The position numbers and the translations under genes were made by a program. A DNA stretch of 64,000 bases, from assembly GCA_038212275.1 (NCBI GenBank), contig JBBQUR010000002.1, forward strand, positions 232,778-296,777, in the 5' to 3' direction. Numbering within the stretch: the stretch's first letter is position 1; every line of letters starts with the position of its first letter. This stretch comes from Planctomycetota bacterium (lineage in GTDB: Bacteria; Planctomycetota; B15-G4). Below are positions 8,707-18,324 of this stretch, piece after piece. The notes below the pieces were generated by a model, which saw nothing but the letters and a program-made list of their open reading frames with translations, did not search any database and was not told where the DNA came from.

Positions 8707-9759
8707 ATGACCGAGACTCGTGCCGACACGTCCGTTCACGACGGCGCACAGCATGCCAATGCCGGGCGCGGCGTCGACCTCATCCCCGCAGCCCCCGGGG
8801 ACGTCGCGCCGGACGCGCCGGCCCTGGCGATCCCGCCCCGCGCCGTCTTCGTCGTGGGCATGCCGCGCTCGGGCACCACGCTGCTCACGCGCCTGCTCGA
8901 CGGCCATCCGCAGCTCTTCACGCTGCCGCACGAGACGCAGGCCACGCGCTGGGTCGGCATGCGGGATCCGGCCGGTGCCTTCCTCGGCGAGTCCGCTTAC
9001 GGCAAGTTCTATCCGGCGGGCAGCGAGGTGCGGAAGCGCTTCGAGGCGGAGCTCCGCGCGCAGCTCGGGGAGCGGACGGACCTGCGCTCCATCCTGCTCG
9101 CCATCGTGGCTGCGCAGCTGCGCATGCAGCAGCCGAAGCTCCCCGCCGACGCCTGGGTGGAGAAGACGCCGCGCCACGCGCGCGACGTGCCCGCGCTCAT
9201 CGCGACCTTCGGGCCAGCGACGAAGGTCATCGCACTGGTGCGCGACCCGCGCGCGACGCTCGCCAGCCGGCGCAAGGTCTTCCGGCGCACGTCGGAGAAT
9301 CACGTGCGACACCTCGCGCGGCGCTGGGCCACGGTGGACACGCTCGTCAAGGAATACGCAGCGCGCTTCCCGCAGCAATTCCTGGCCGTCACCTACGAAG
9401 CGCTCGTGCACGACCCCGAGGCCGTCATGCGCCGCCTCGCGACGCACGTGGGCATCGCCTGGGATGCCTCGCTCGTGCAGCCGTCCTACGTGGGCGAGGA
9501 GTGGCAGGGCAACTCCAGCTACACCGAGCCGGCCAAGGGCGTCACCACCGCCTCGCTCGCGCGCTGGAAGGACGAACTCTCGCCGGAAGAGATCGCGCAA
9601 TGCGAGGACCTGCTGCGCCCGCGCATGGCAGCGTGGGGCTACGAGACGACAACGCCCGCGCGCCGCGGCCCGCGCCTGGAACGCGCCCTCATCGAAGCCG
9701 GCACCGCGTGGTATCTGCGCAGCTACCGTCGCGCCTGGGCGCGGGCCGGAGCGAGCTGA
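8707..9759 (+). CDS. Sulfotransferase family protein
   Basis: 5'-PSB GMPRSGTTLL, LDGHP, WVEKTP, 3'-PB VRDPRATLAS, YEALVHDP. Confidence 0.9.
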   Translation: MTETRADTSVHDGAQHANAGRGVDLIPAAPGDVAPDAPALAIPPRAVFVVGMPRSGTTLLTRLLDGHPQLFTLPHETQATRWVGMRDPAGAFLGESAYGKFYPAGSEVRKRFEAELRAQLGERTDLRSILLAIVAAQLRMQQPKLPADAWVEKTPRHARDVPALIATFGPATKVIALVRDPRATLASRRKVFRRTSENHVRHLARRWATVDTLVKEYAARFPQQFLAVTYEALVHDPEAVMRRLATHVGIAWDASLVQPSYVGEEWQGNSSYTEPAKGVTTASLARWKDELSPEEIAQCEDLLRPRMAAWGYETTTPARRGPRLERALIEAGTAWYLRSYRRAWARAGAS

Positions 9760-9777
9760 GCCGGCGGATGCGCCGCT

Positions 9778-10166
9778 TCATGCCGGCGACGCGGCCTCGG
9801 CGCTGCCGGGGGTCGCCCCGCCGCAGACCTCGTCCAGAAGCTCGTACGCCCGCCGCAGGTGCGGGATGACGATCGAGCCGCCGACGATGAGCGCGATGTC
9901 CAGCGCCTCCACGATCTGCTCGCGGCTGGCGCCGACCTCCACGCCGCGCAGCACGTGGTAGCTGATGCAGTCGTCGCAGCGCAGCACCGCCGAGGCGACG
10001 AGGCCCATGAGCTCCTTGTGCAGCTCGTCGATGGCGCCGGCCTTGTAGGCCTGGCCATCCAGGTTGAAGAAGCGCTTCGTGACCTGCGTGCCCATGCGGT
10101 GCACGCACTCGTTCTGCCGCTCGCGCCGCTTGCGGAACTCCTCGGCGCGGCCCGCGCTGCCTCCGC

Positions 10167-10170
<4 letters not shown>
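9778..10170 (-). CDS. Carboxymuconolactone decarboxylase/AhpD-family protein
   Basis: KELMGLVASAVLRCDDCISYH...EALDIALIVGGSIVIPHLRRA; GTG start overlaps the CBS stop (GTGA). Confidence 0.85.
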
Positions 10171-11546
<1,376 letters not shown>

Positions 11547-11798
11547 GTGGCGGCTCCTGGAAAGTTGGTGCGCGCCCGGCGCACGGGGCGCCGATTGTAA
11601 GGGGAGCGTGAAGTCCGGCGACAGCGGAACCGGCCGACTTCCCGCGCCGCGCGCCTCCGAGCCCCGCCCCGCGGTGCGCGGCAGTCCGCGGCCAGCCGTG
11701 TCGGGACACGTGGTGGCGCCACGGGACGCGCCGAGGGATTTTCACGCCTGCGTCGTCCGGCCTCCAGCAGCGACGGCCATTCGGCCGACGAAACCGGC

Positions 11799-12665
11799 AT
11801 GTCCAGCCCCGCCGAGCCTCTCCTGCCGCCGACTCAGGCCGCGGCGCGCCGCGCGCACGACGAGGCGCCCGAGGCATCACCGGACCGAGCGCCGGGCGAA
11901 GCACCGGGCGATCGGCCGGGCACGGCGTCGGAGGCGGCAGCGGACACGGCGGCTGTCCTGGCTGCGATCTATCCGGCGCTCGCACACCTGCTCGGCCCGA
12001 AGCCCTTCGCCGCGCTCTGTGCGACGGCGTCCGCTCGCAGCGCCGCGGCGGACGTGCAGCCGGGCAGGCTGATCCACGCCCTGCTGCTGCGCCGCGAGGC
12101 ACGCACCGACGACCGCATTCCCAGTCGGCTCGCCGCGGACATCGCCGCGCTCGAGTGGTCCATCCATCGCCTGGCGGACCGGCCGCAGCACGCCGAAGCC
12201 GAGCGCCCGGCCACGCCGCGAGATCTGCTCGCCGCAACGGCCGCAGGCTGCGGACCCGACGACGGCTGGCGCGTCGCCACGCTGCAGCCGTCCCGGCATT
12301 TCGACATCGTGCCGGTCGCCTTCCGGCTCGACACCTGGGTGCGACGCGTGCACCAGGGGCGCCGCATGAAGCGCATGCCGATGCGCGGCGAGCAGCACAT
12401 CGTGGTGCATGCGCCGGACCGCGCATCCGGCGACGCAGGGGCGCCGGTGTGGTGGTTTGCGCTGCCGCCCGGGCCGGGGACACTGCTCGCGCATCTGGCG
12501 CTCGGCCAGCCCATCGGCGTCGCGGTGGCCAGCGCCGTCCACCGCGGCTGGATGGCCGACGAGGCGGCGGCGCTCGAGCAACTCGACGGCTGGCTGCGCG
12601 AGGGACTCTTTGCACGCGTGCTGCCGCCCGAACCGGCCCGCGACGCGCCTCCGACCGCGCGCTGA
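11799..12665 (+). CDS. DUF2063-like putative DNA-binding/RiPP-partner protein, possibly degenerate
   Basis: YPALAHLLGPKPFAAL, LAADIAALEW, C-terminal LDGWLREGLF. Confidence 0.55.
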   Translation: MSSPAEPLLPPTQAAARRAHDEAPEASPDRAPGEAPGDRPGTASEAAADTAAVLAAIYPALAHLLGPKPFAALCATASARSAAADVQPGRLIHALLLRREARTDDRIPSRLAADIAALEWSIHRLADRPQHAEAERPATPRDLLAATAAGCGPDDGWRVATLQPSRHFDIVPVAFRLDTWVRRVHQGRRMKRMPMRGEQHIVVHAPDRASGDAGAPVWWFALPPGPGTLLAHLALGQPIGVAVASAVHRGWMADEAAALEQLDGWLREGLFARVLPPEPARDAPPTAR

Positions 12666-12711
12666 GGGCCCTCGCTGGCGACGGGCCGCGCGCCGGTTAT
12701 CGTCGCCGCGC

Positions 12712-14043
12712 ATGGACGGCACGGTGCTCGCGATCTTCGCCTTCGTCTATCTGGGGATGCTGCTCGGCCACATCCCGGGGCTGAGGCTGGACCGCACCGG
12801 TGTCGCGCTGCTCGGCGCGCTGCTGCTCATCGTCACCGGCAAGGTGAGCGTGCAGGCGGCGCGCGATGCCGTGAACATCCCGACGATGGCGCTGCTCTTC
12901 GGCCTCATGGTGGTGTCGGCGCAGTTCCGGCTGTGCGGGTTCTATGCGGCGGTCACGCGGCGCATCGGCCTGGCGAGCCTCTCGCCCGCTGCGCTGCTCG
13001 CGCTGGTCATTGCGGTGGCGGGCGCGCTCTCGGCGGTGCTCGTCAACGACATCATCTGTCTGGCGATGGCGCCCATCCTCGTGGCGGTCTGTGCGCACAG
13101 ACGACTGCAGGCGTTGCCCTTCCTGCTCGCGCTGGCCTGCGCCTCCAACGTCGGTTCGGCCGCCACGCTCATCGGCAACCCGCAGAACATGCTCATCGGG
13201 CAGACGCTGCGGCTCTCATTCGCCGGCTACCTGGCCGATGCCGCCGTACCGTCGGTGCTGGGACTCGGTGCGGTGTGGCTCGTGGTGCGCTGGCGCGTCG
13301 CGGGGCAGTGGTTCGTCGCCGACACCGCGGCGGGCGGCACCGGGGCCAGCGGCACCGAGGCGGGCGCTGCGACGACAGTCGCCGTGTCGGCGGGCGCTGC
13401 GACGGCGGGCGGCACCGGGGCCAGCGCGGACGCAGCGTTCCTCGGTGCGCCGCCCCTGGACCGCCGCCAGACACTCAAGGGCCTGGTCGTGATGGGCGCG
13501 CTCATCGTGCTTTTCCTCATCGGGAACTGGCCGCGCGAGCTGCTGGCGCTGGGCGCCGCCGCGCTGCTGCTGCTCTCGCGACGCGTGGCCAGCGCCGGCC
13601 TGCTGGCTCTCATCGACTGGCCACTGCTCATGCTTTTCACGGGCCTGTTCGTCGTGAACCACGCGCTGGCGCAGGGCGGCGCACTCGCACGCGGCACTGC
13701 GATGCTGCAGGCCGGCGGCGTGGACCTCACGCATCCTGCGTGGCTCTTCACCGCGAGCGTCGTGCTCTCCAATCTCGTCAGCAACGTGCCCGCCGTCATG
13801 CTGCTGCTGCCGTCCGCGACACACGTGCTGTCGGGCCCGCTGCTGGCGTTGGCGAGCACGCTCTCCGGCAACCTCTTCCTCGTGGGCAGCATCGCCAACC
13901 TCATCGTGGTCGAGCAGGCCGGCCGCCTCGGCGTGCGCATCGGCTGGCGCGATCACCTGCGCATCGGCGTCCCCGTGACGCTGGTCACGCTGGCCGTCGC
14001 GGCGCTGTGGCTCTGGCTGCGCGCGGGAATGCTCGCGGGCTGA
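12712..14043 (+). CDS. ArsB/NhaD (SLC13-like) anion transporter
   Basis: LDRTGVALLGA, LSAVLVND, SNVGSAATLIGNPQN, SNLVSNVPAV, GSIANLIV; many TM helices. Confidence 0.88.
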   Translation: MDGTVLAIFAFVYLGMLLGHIPGLRLDRTGVALLGALLLIVTGKVSVQAARDAVNIPTMALLFGLMVVSAQFRLCGFYAAVTRRIGLASLSPAALLALVIAVAGALSAVLVNDIICLAMAPILVAVCAHRRLQALPFLLALACASNVGSAATLIGNPQNMLIGQTLRLSFAGYLADAAVPSVLGLGAVWLVVRWRVAGQWFVADTAAGGTGASGTEAGAATTVAVSAGAATAGGTGASADAAFLGAPPLDRRQTLKGLVVMGALIVLFLIGNWPRELLALGAAALLLLSRRVASAGLLALIDWPLLMLFTGLFVVNHALAQGGALARGTAMLQAGGVDLTHPAWLFTASVVLSNLVSNVPAVMLLLPSATHVLSGPLLALASTLSGNLFLVGSIANLIVVEQAGRLGVRIGWRDHLRIGVPVTLVTLAVAALWLWLRAGMLAG

Positions 14044-14053
14044 GGCGCCGCGG

Positions 14054-14153
14054 CAGGCAACGCCGGCAGCGCCAGCAGCGCCAGCAGCGCAGGCAGCGCG
14101 GGTAGCGCGGGCAACGCGGGCAGCGCGGGTAGCGCGGGCAACGCGGGCAGCGC
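14054..14153. repeat. 9-bp tandem repeat (gcgggcagc-like), about 11 copies, between convergent genes
   Basis: caggcaacgccggcagcgccagcagcgccagcagcgcaggcagcgcgggtagcgcgggcaacgcgggcagcgcgggtagcgcgggcaacgcgggcagcg. Confidence 0.8.
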
Positions 14154-14218
14154 CGATCCGCCGCCGCCTCCGCAGGCGCGGACGGCGCGGCGCCTTGCCA
14201 TGCGCAACAGGTCGATTC

Positions 14219-14803
14219 TCAGCTCGTCGCGCGGGCTCCACGCCGAGGGGCGGCATGCTCGCGCTCGAGCTCCAGCAGGCGGACTTTCAGCTCCAGGCCG
14301 CCGCCGAAGCCGCCGAGCTTGCCGCCCGCGGCGATCGTGCGGTGGCACGGCACGAAGAGCGGGACGGGATTGCTGCCGTTGGCTGAACCACACGCGCGGC
14401 TCGCGCGCGGATGCCCGGCGCGCGCGGCCAGTTCCGCGTAGCTGATCGTGCCTCCGTACGGCACGCGGCGCAGTGCGGCCCAGACCTTCTTCTGGAACTC
14501 GGTGCCACGCAGATCGAGCGGCAGATCCAGCTCGAGGCGCCGGCCCGCGAGGAAGTCGCGCACGGCGGCGATGGCCGGACCGTTGCGCCCCGTGCCCTCG
14601 CGGATCTCGGCCTTCGGCAGGTGCCGGTCGAGCCACGAGCGCACGTGATCGGCGGGCGTGCGGCACGTCGCATCGTCGCCACGAAGGTTGCTGCGCTCGC
14701 CGGGCAGCGAGCACGCGACGATGCCGCGCTCCGTGGACGCGAGGCTCATCGGGCCGAAGGCCGTGTCGAAGCGCGACAGGTGGACGATCTCGAGTGCAGA
14801 CAT
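14219..14803 (-). CDS. ogt: Methylated-DNA--protein-cysteine methyltransferase
   Basis: GTEFQKKVW, VPYGGTISYAELA, ASRACGSANGSNP, active-site PCHR. Confidence 0.92.
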   Translation of the reverse strand: MSALEIVHLSRFDTAFGPMSLASTERGIVACSLPGERSNLRGDDATCRTPADHVRSWLDRHLPKAEIREGTGRNGPAIAAVRDFLAGRRLELDLPLDLRGTEFQKKVWAALRRVPYGGTISYAELAARAGHPRASRACGSANGSNPVPLFVPCHRTIAAGGKLGGFGGGLELKVRLLELEREHAAPRRGARATS

Positions 14804-15002
14804 CGCGAGCCTCCGCATGCGGAACCCCGGCGATTCTAGCGGAGCCGCGACCCCACCTGGCCGCCGCCTCCGCAGGCCCGCTGCCGTACACTGGCGCGAC
14901 TCGCCGGGGCCGACCCGCACGGCGGTCGCGCGCCACGCGCTCATCCGGGTCCGACCCAGGGAAGCCCGCCAGCGATGCCGAGCCGACAGACTTCGAGCCG
15001 GA

Positions 15003-16052
15003 ATGCCCGCTAGGAAGGCTCGCGAGCGCCGCCTGCCGTCAGCCTGGGCCTCGCTGCCGGACGCGCAACTCCTCAAGCTGCGACTGAAGGACCTTCCGCT
15101 CGCCATCGAGGGCACGTGGCTTGAGGAATGCCTCGCGGACCTTCGCAAGGAGCTGGCCGAGCGCGACCTGCTCGTGCGGCCGCACGCGTGGCTCTCGGAC
15201 GAATTCTTCAGCCCGGACACCACGCCGGGCATCGCGCTGCCCTTCTATCTGGCGCACCCGCGGCTCATGCGGCTCGAGCGCGCGCAGATCCTCGACGTCG
15301 AGGGCGGCACGCGCGCGGAGTGCATGAAGATCCTGCGGCACGAGGCGGGTCACGTCGTGGAGCACGCCTTCGGGCTGGCGCGCCGTCGTCGCCGGCAGGA
15401 GCTGTTCGGCCGCTCGTCCACGCGCTACCCCAGCACCTACCGCCCGAATCCCGCGAGCCGGAACTTCGTGCAGCACCTGCGGCTCTGGTACGCGCAGAGC
15501 CACCCGGACGAGGACTTCGCCGAGACCTTCGCCGTCTGGCTCGGCCCTCGCGCCACCTGGCGACGGCGCTACGAAGGCTGGCCCGCGCTGCAGAAGCTGG
15601 AATACATGAACGAACTCATGGAGGAACTCGCGGGACGCAGGCCGCCTGCGATGCGCCGCATCGAGGTCGATCCGCTGCGCTCGCTGCGCATGACGCTGGG
15701 CGAGCTCTACGCAAAGAAGCTGGCGCAGTACTCGGTGGACGCGCCGCGCATCTACGATCGCGACCTGCTGCGCATCTTCTCGAACGACGCCCGGCACCGC
15801 CGCTCGCCATCCGCGGCGGCGTTCATCCGCAAGCATCGGGCCCGCCTGCGCCAGCTCGTGTCCAAGTGGACGGGCGAGTACCAGCTCACGCTGGACGCCG
15901 TGCTCGACGCGATGGTGGAGCGCTGCCGCGAGCTGAAGCTGCGCGCCGCGGGCCCCGAGCGGCAGCTGCGGCAGGACTTCGCCGTGCTGCTCACCGCCAA
16001 GACCGTCCACTCGCTCTACAGCCATTCGCGCCGACAGTGGTTCGCGCTGTGA
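15003..16052 (+). CDS. Putative zinc-binding metallopeptidase (zincin)
   Basis: HEAGH (HExxH); YAQSHPDEDFAETFAVWL; PFYLAHPRL. Confidence 0.82.
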   Translation: MPARKARERRLPSAWASLPDAQLLKLRLKDLPLAIEGTWLEECLADLRKELAERDLLVRPHAWLSDEFFSPDTTPGIALPFYLAHPRLMRLERAQILDVEGGTRAECMKILRHEAGHVVEHAFGLARRRRRQELFGRSSTRYPSTYRPNPASRNFVQHLRLWYAQSHPDEDFAETFAVWLGPRATWRRRYEGWPALQKLEYMNELMEELAGRRPPAMRRIEVDPLRSLRMTLGELYAKKLAQYSVDAPRIYDRDLLRIFSNDARHRRSPSAAAFIRKHRARLRQLVSKWTGEYQLTLDAVLDAMVERCRELKLRAAGPERQLRQDFAVLLTAKTVHSLYSHSRRQWFAL

Positions 16053-16065
16053 GGTCGATCAACCC

Positions 16066-17097
16066 ATGAGAAAGCAGCGCGTCCTGGTGCTCATGCACGC
16101 GGATCTCGTGCCGCCGGAGTCCCTCAAGGGCCTGTCCGAGCAGGACATCAGCCGCTTCAAGACCGAGTACGACGTCGTGTCCACGCTGCGCGCGAACGGG
16201 CACGACGTGCGGCCGCTGGGTGTGGTGGACGAACTGCTTCCCATCCGCGAGGCGGTCACGACCTGGAAGCCGCACGTCGTCTTCAACCTGCTCGAGGAAT
16301 TCCACGGCGAGGCGGTCTACGACCAGAACGTCGCGTCCTACCTCGAACTCCTGCGCGTGCCGTACACCGGCTGCAATCCGCGCGGCCTCGTGCTGGCGCG
16401 CGGCAAGGACCTCTCCAAGAAGCTCGTGCACTATCACCGCATCCCGGTGCCTGCTTTTGCGGTCTTTCCGCTGCGGCGCAAGGTGCGGCGGCCGACGCGC
16501 CTCGCGTTGCCGCTCATCGTCAAGAGCGTGAACGAGGACGCCTCCATGGGCATCGCGCAGGCCTCCGTCGTGGAAACCGACGAGGCGCTCGTCGAGCGCG
16601 TCGCCTTCATCCACGAGCGCATCGGCACGGCCGCCATCGCCGAGCAGTACATCGACGGCCGCGAGATCTACGTCGGCATGCTGGGCAACGACCGGCGCCG
16701 CGTGCTGCCCATCTGGGAGCTCGACTTCGGCAACCTGGCGCACGGCGCGCGCAACATCGCGACCGAACGCGTGAAGCACGACGTGGATTACCAGGAGCGG
16801 CGCGGCGTGCTGCAGGGCCCGGCCGAAGGGCTCTCGCCGGGCGTGCAGGCGCGCATCATCCGCTCGGTCAAGCGCATCAGCCGCACGCTGGAGCTGGACG
16901 GCTACGCGCGCATCGACTTCCGCCTCGCGAAGGACGGCACGCCGTACTTCATCGAGGCCAATCCCAATCCCGAGATTTCCAATCGCGAGGAATTCGCGCA
17001 GGCGGCCGAGCACGCCGGGATCGAGTACCCCGAGCTGCTCAACCGCATCCTGGCGCTGGGCATTGCGCGCGCCCGGGCGCAGGGCCGCGCGCGCTGA
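16066..17097 (+). CDS. ATP-grasp ligase (D-Ala-D-Ala ligase-like)
   Basis: VVFNLLE, VPYTG, PLIVKSVNEDASMGI, EQYIDGRE, GYARIDFRL, FIEANPNP. Confidence 0.88.
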   Translation: MRKQRVLVLMHADLVPPESLKGLSEQDISRFKTEYDVVSTLRANGHDVRPLGVVDELLPIREAVTTWKPHVVFNLLEEFHGEAVYDQNVASYLELLRVPYTGCNPRGLVLARGKDLSKKLVHYHRIPVPAFAVFPLRRKVRRPTRLALPLIVKSVNEDASMGIAQASVVETDEALVERVAFIHERIGTAAIAEQYIDGREIYVGMLGNDRRRVLPIWELDFGNLAHGARNIATERVKHDVDYQERRGVLQGPAEGLSPGVQARIIRSVKRISRTLELDGYARIDFRLAKDGTPYFIEANPNPEISNREEFAQAAEHAGIEYPELLNRILALGIARARAQGRAR

Positions 17098-17143
17098 GGC
17101 GCTGCGCGAGGCGTCGCGCGAGCCGGCTGCGTGGCGTCTGCGG

Positions 17144-18313
17144 TCAGCGCTTCCCTCGCAGGTCGCGCAGCGCGGCGAGCACCGGCTGCTCCAGCGCCGT
17201 CGCGACCACCGCGTGTCCGTCCACGGCGAGGTGCTGATCGGAGGTCCAGTAGAGCGGCCGCCGGCGTCCCAGCAGTCCGGGTTGCAGCAGCGCAGGCAGC
17301 AGGTCCACCACCTCGATGCCGTCGGCGCGCAGCACCTCGGCGAAGCGCTCCGCCAGCCGGCGGTCCACGGCGAAGTCATCGTCGCAGAGCCTGAGCGCTC
17401 CACGGACCGGCTGCAGCAGGGAGAGATCCGTCAGGTCCACCTCCTCCTTGGGGGGAAGGATCGCCACCATGAGGCGGGCGCCGCGTTCGGCGCAGTATTC
17501 CGCCATCTCACGGTAGCACTGCGTGGTGGCCAGCAGCGCGGCCTCGGCCTCTCCCTTGCAATACGTGAAGGTGTGCACCTGGCTGGTGTTCTGGGCCATG
17601 CGCGCGCGCATGCTCGGATCTTCGCGCGCCACCTCGAAGCGCTTCTGTGCGTCGCGCGGCAGCGGCGTGCGTGCGCGGCGCGTCTCGAAGTCCGAGAAGG
17701 CCTGGGCATTGATGAAGTCGTTGCCCGTGTAGAGCACGCACAGGACGAGCTGCGGCTGCATGTCCAGCAGCACGCCGAGCAGCGCGCGCTGCTCGAAGGG
17801 GCCGGTGCCGCTGACGCCCGCATTCAGCACTTCGCAGCGCCGGAACTTCAGTTTCGGTGCGAGGCGCTTCTCGAGCAGATTCGGGAAGGTCTCTCCGTTG
17901 GCGACGAGGCCGAAGGTGTGACTGTCGCCGAGGACCAGCACGCGAAGATCGGTGCCGTGAGGCGGACCGAAGACCGTGCGCTCATCCTCGCGGAAGCCCA
18001 GGTTGTTGGTGCGCAACGTGAACTTGCCGCCGATGTGCTCGGGCCAGTTGATCGTCTCGGAGCGGTCCTCCGCCGCACGCACCACCGCCAGCGGGTCGTA
18101 GCGGGTCCACTTGGCGGTCGCAAGGCTCGGCAGGAGCTGCTCCACCGCAGCACGGTCCAGCGCGGCGCTCTTGATGGACGCGGACTCCACGCGCGGCGCC
18201 TCCACCGCTGTCGGAGCCGGCCGCTGCCCCTCCTGATGCAGCACCAGCAGGCCGCCGCACAGCAGCAGCGCCAGGATCACGATGACGATCTTGCGCCGCG
18301 CGTCCACTTGCAT
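17144..18313 (-). CDS. SGNH/GDSL hydrolase-family membrane-anchored protein
   Basis: N-terminal TM; TNNLGFRE; LGDSHTFG, NAGVSG, GND, DQHL blocks. Confidence 0.8.
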   Translation of the reverse strand: MQVDARRKIVIVILALLLCGGLLVLHQEGQRPAPTAVEAPRVESASIKSAALDRAAVEQLLPSLATAKWTRYDPLAVVRAAEDRSETINWPEHIGGKFTLRTNNLGFREDERTVFGPPHGTDLRVLVLGDSHTFGLVANGETFPNLLEKRLAPKLKFRRCEVLNAGVSGTGPFEQRALLGVLLDMQPQLVLCVLYTGNDFINAQAFSDFETRRARTPLPRDAQKRFEVAREDPSMRARMAQNTSQVHTFTYCKGEAEAALLATTQCYREMAEYCAERGARLMVAILPPKEEVDLTDLSLLQPVRGALRLCDDDFAVDRRLAERFAEVLRADGIEVVDLLPALLQPGLLGRRRPLYWTSDQHLAVDGHAVVATALEQPVLAALRDLRGKR

Positions 18314-18324
18314 GGCGCGCCAGC

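Noticed and set aside
16066..17097. Calling this gene ddl
   Set aside because: It lacks the N-terminal GGxSxE motif and cell-wall gene context, and is paired with a peptidase
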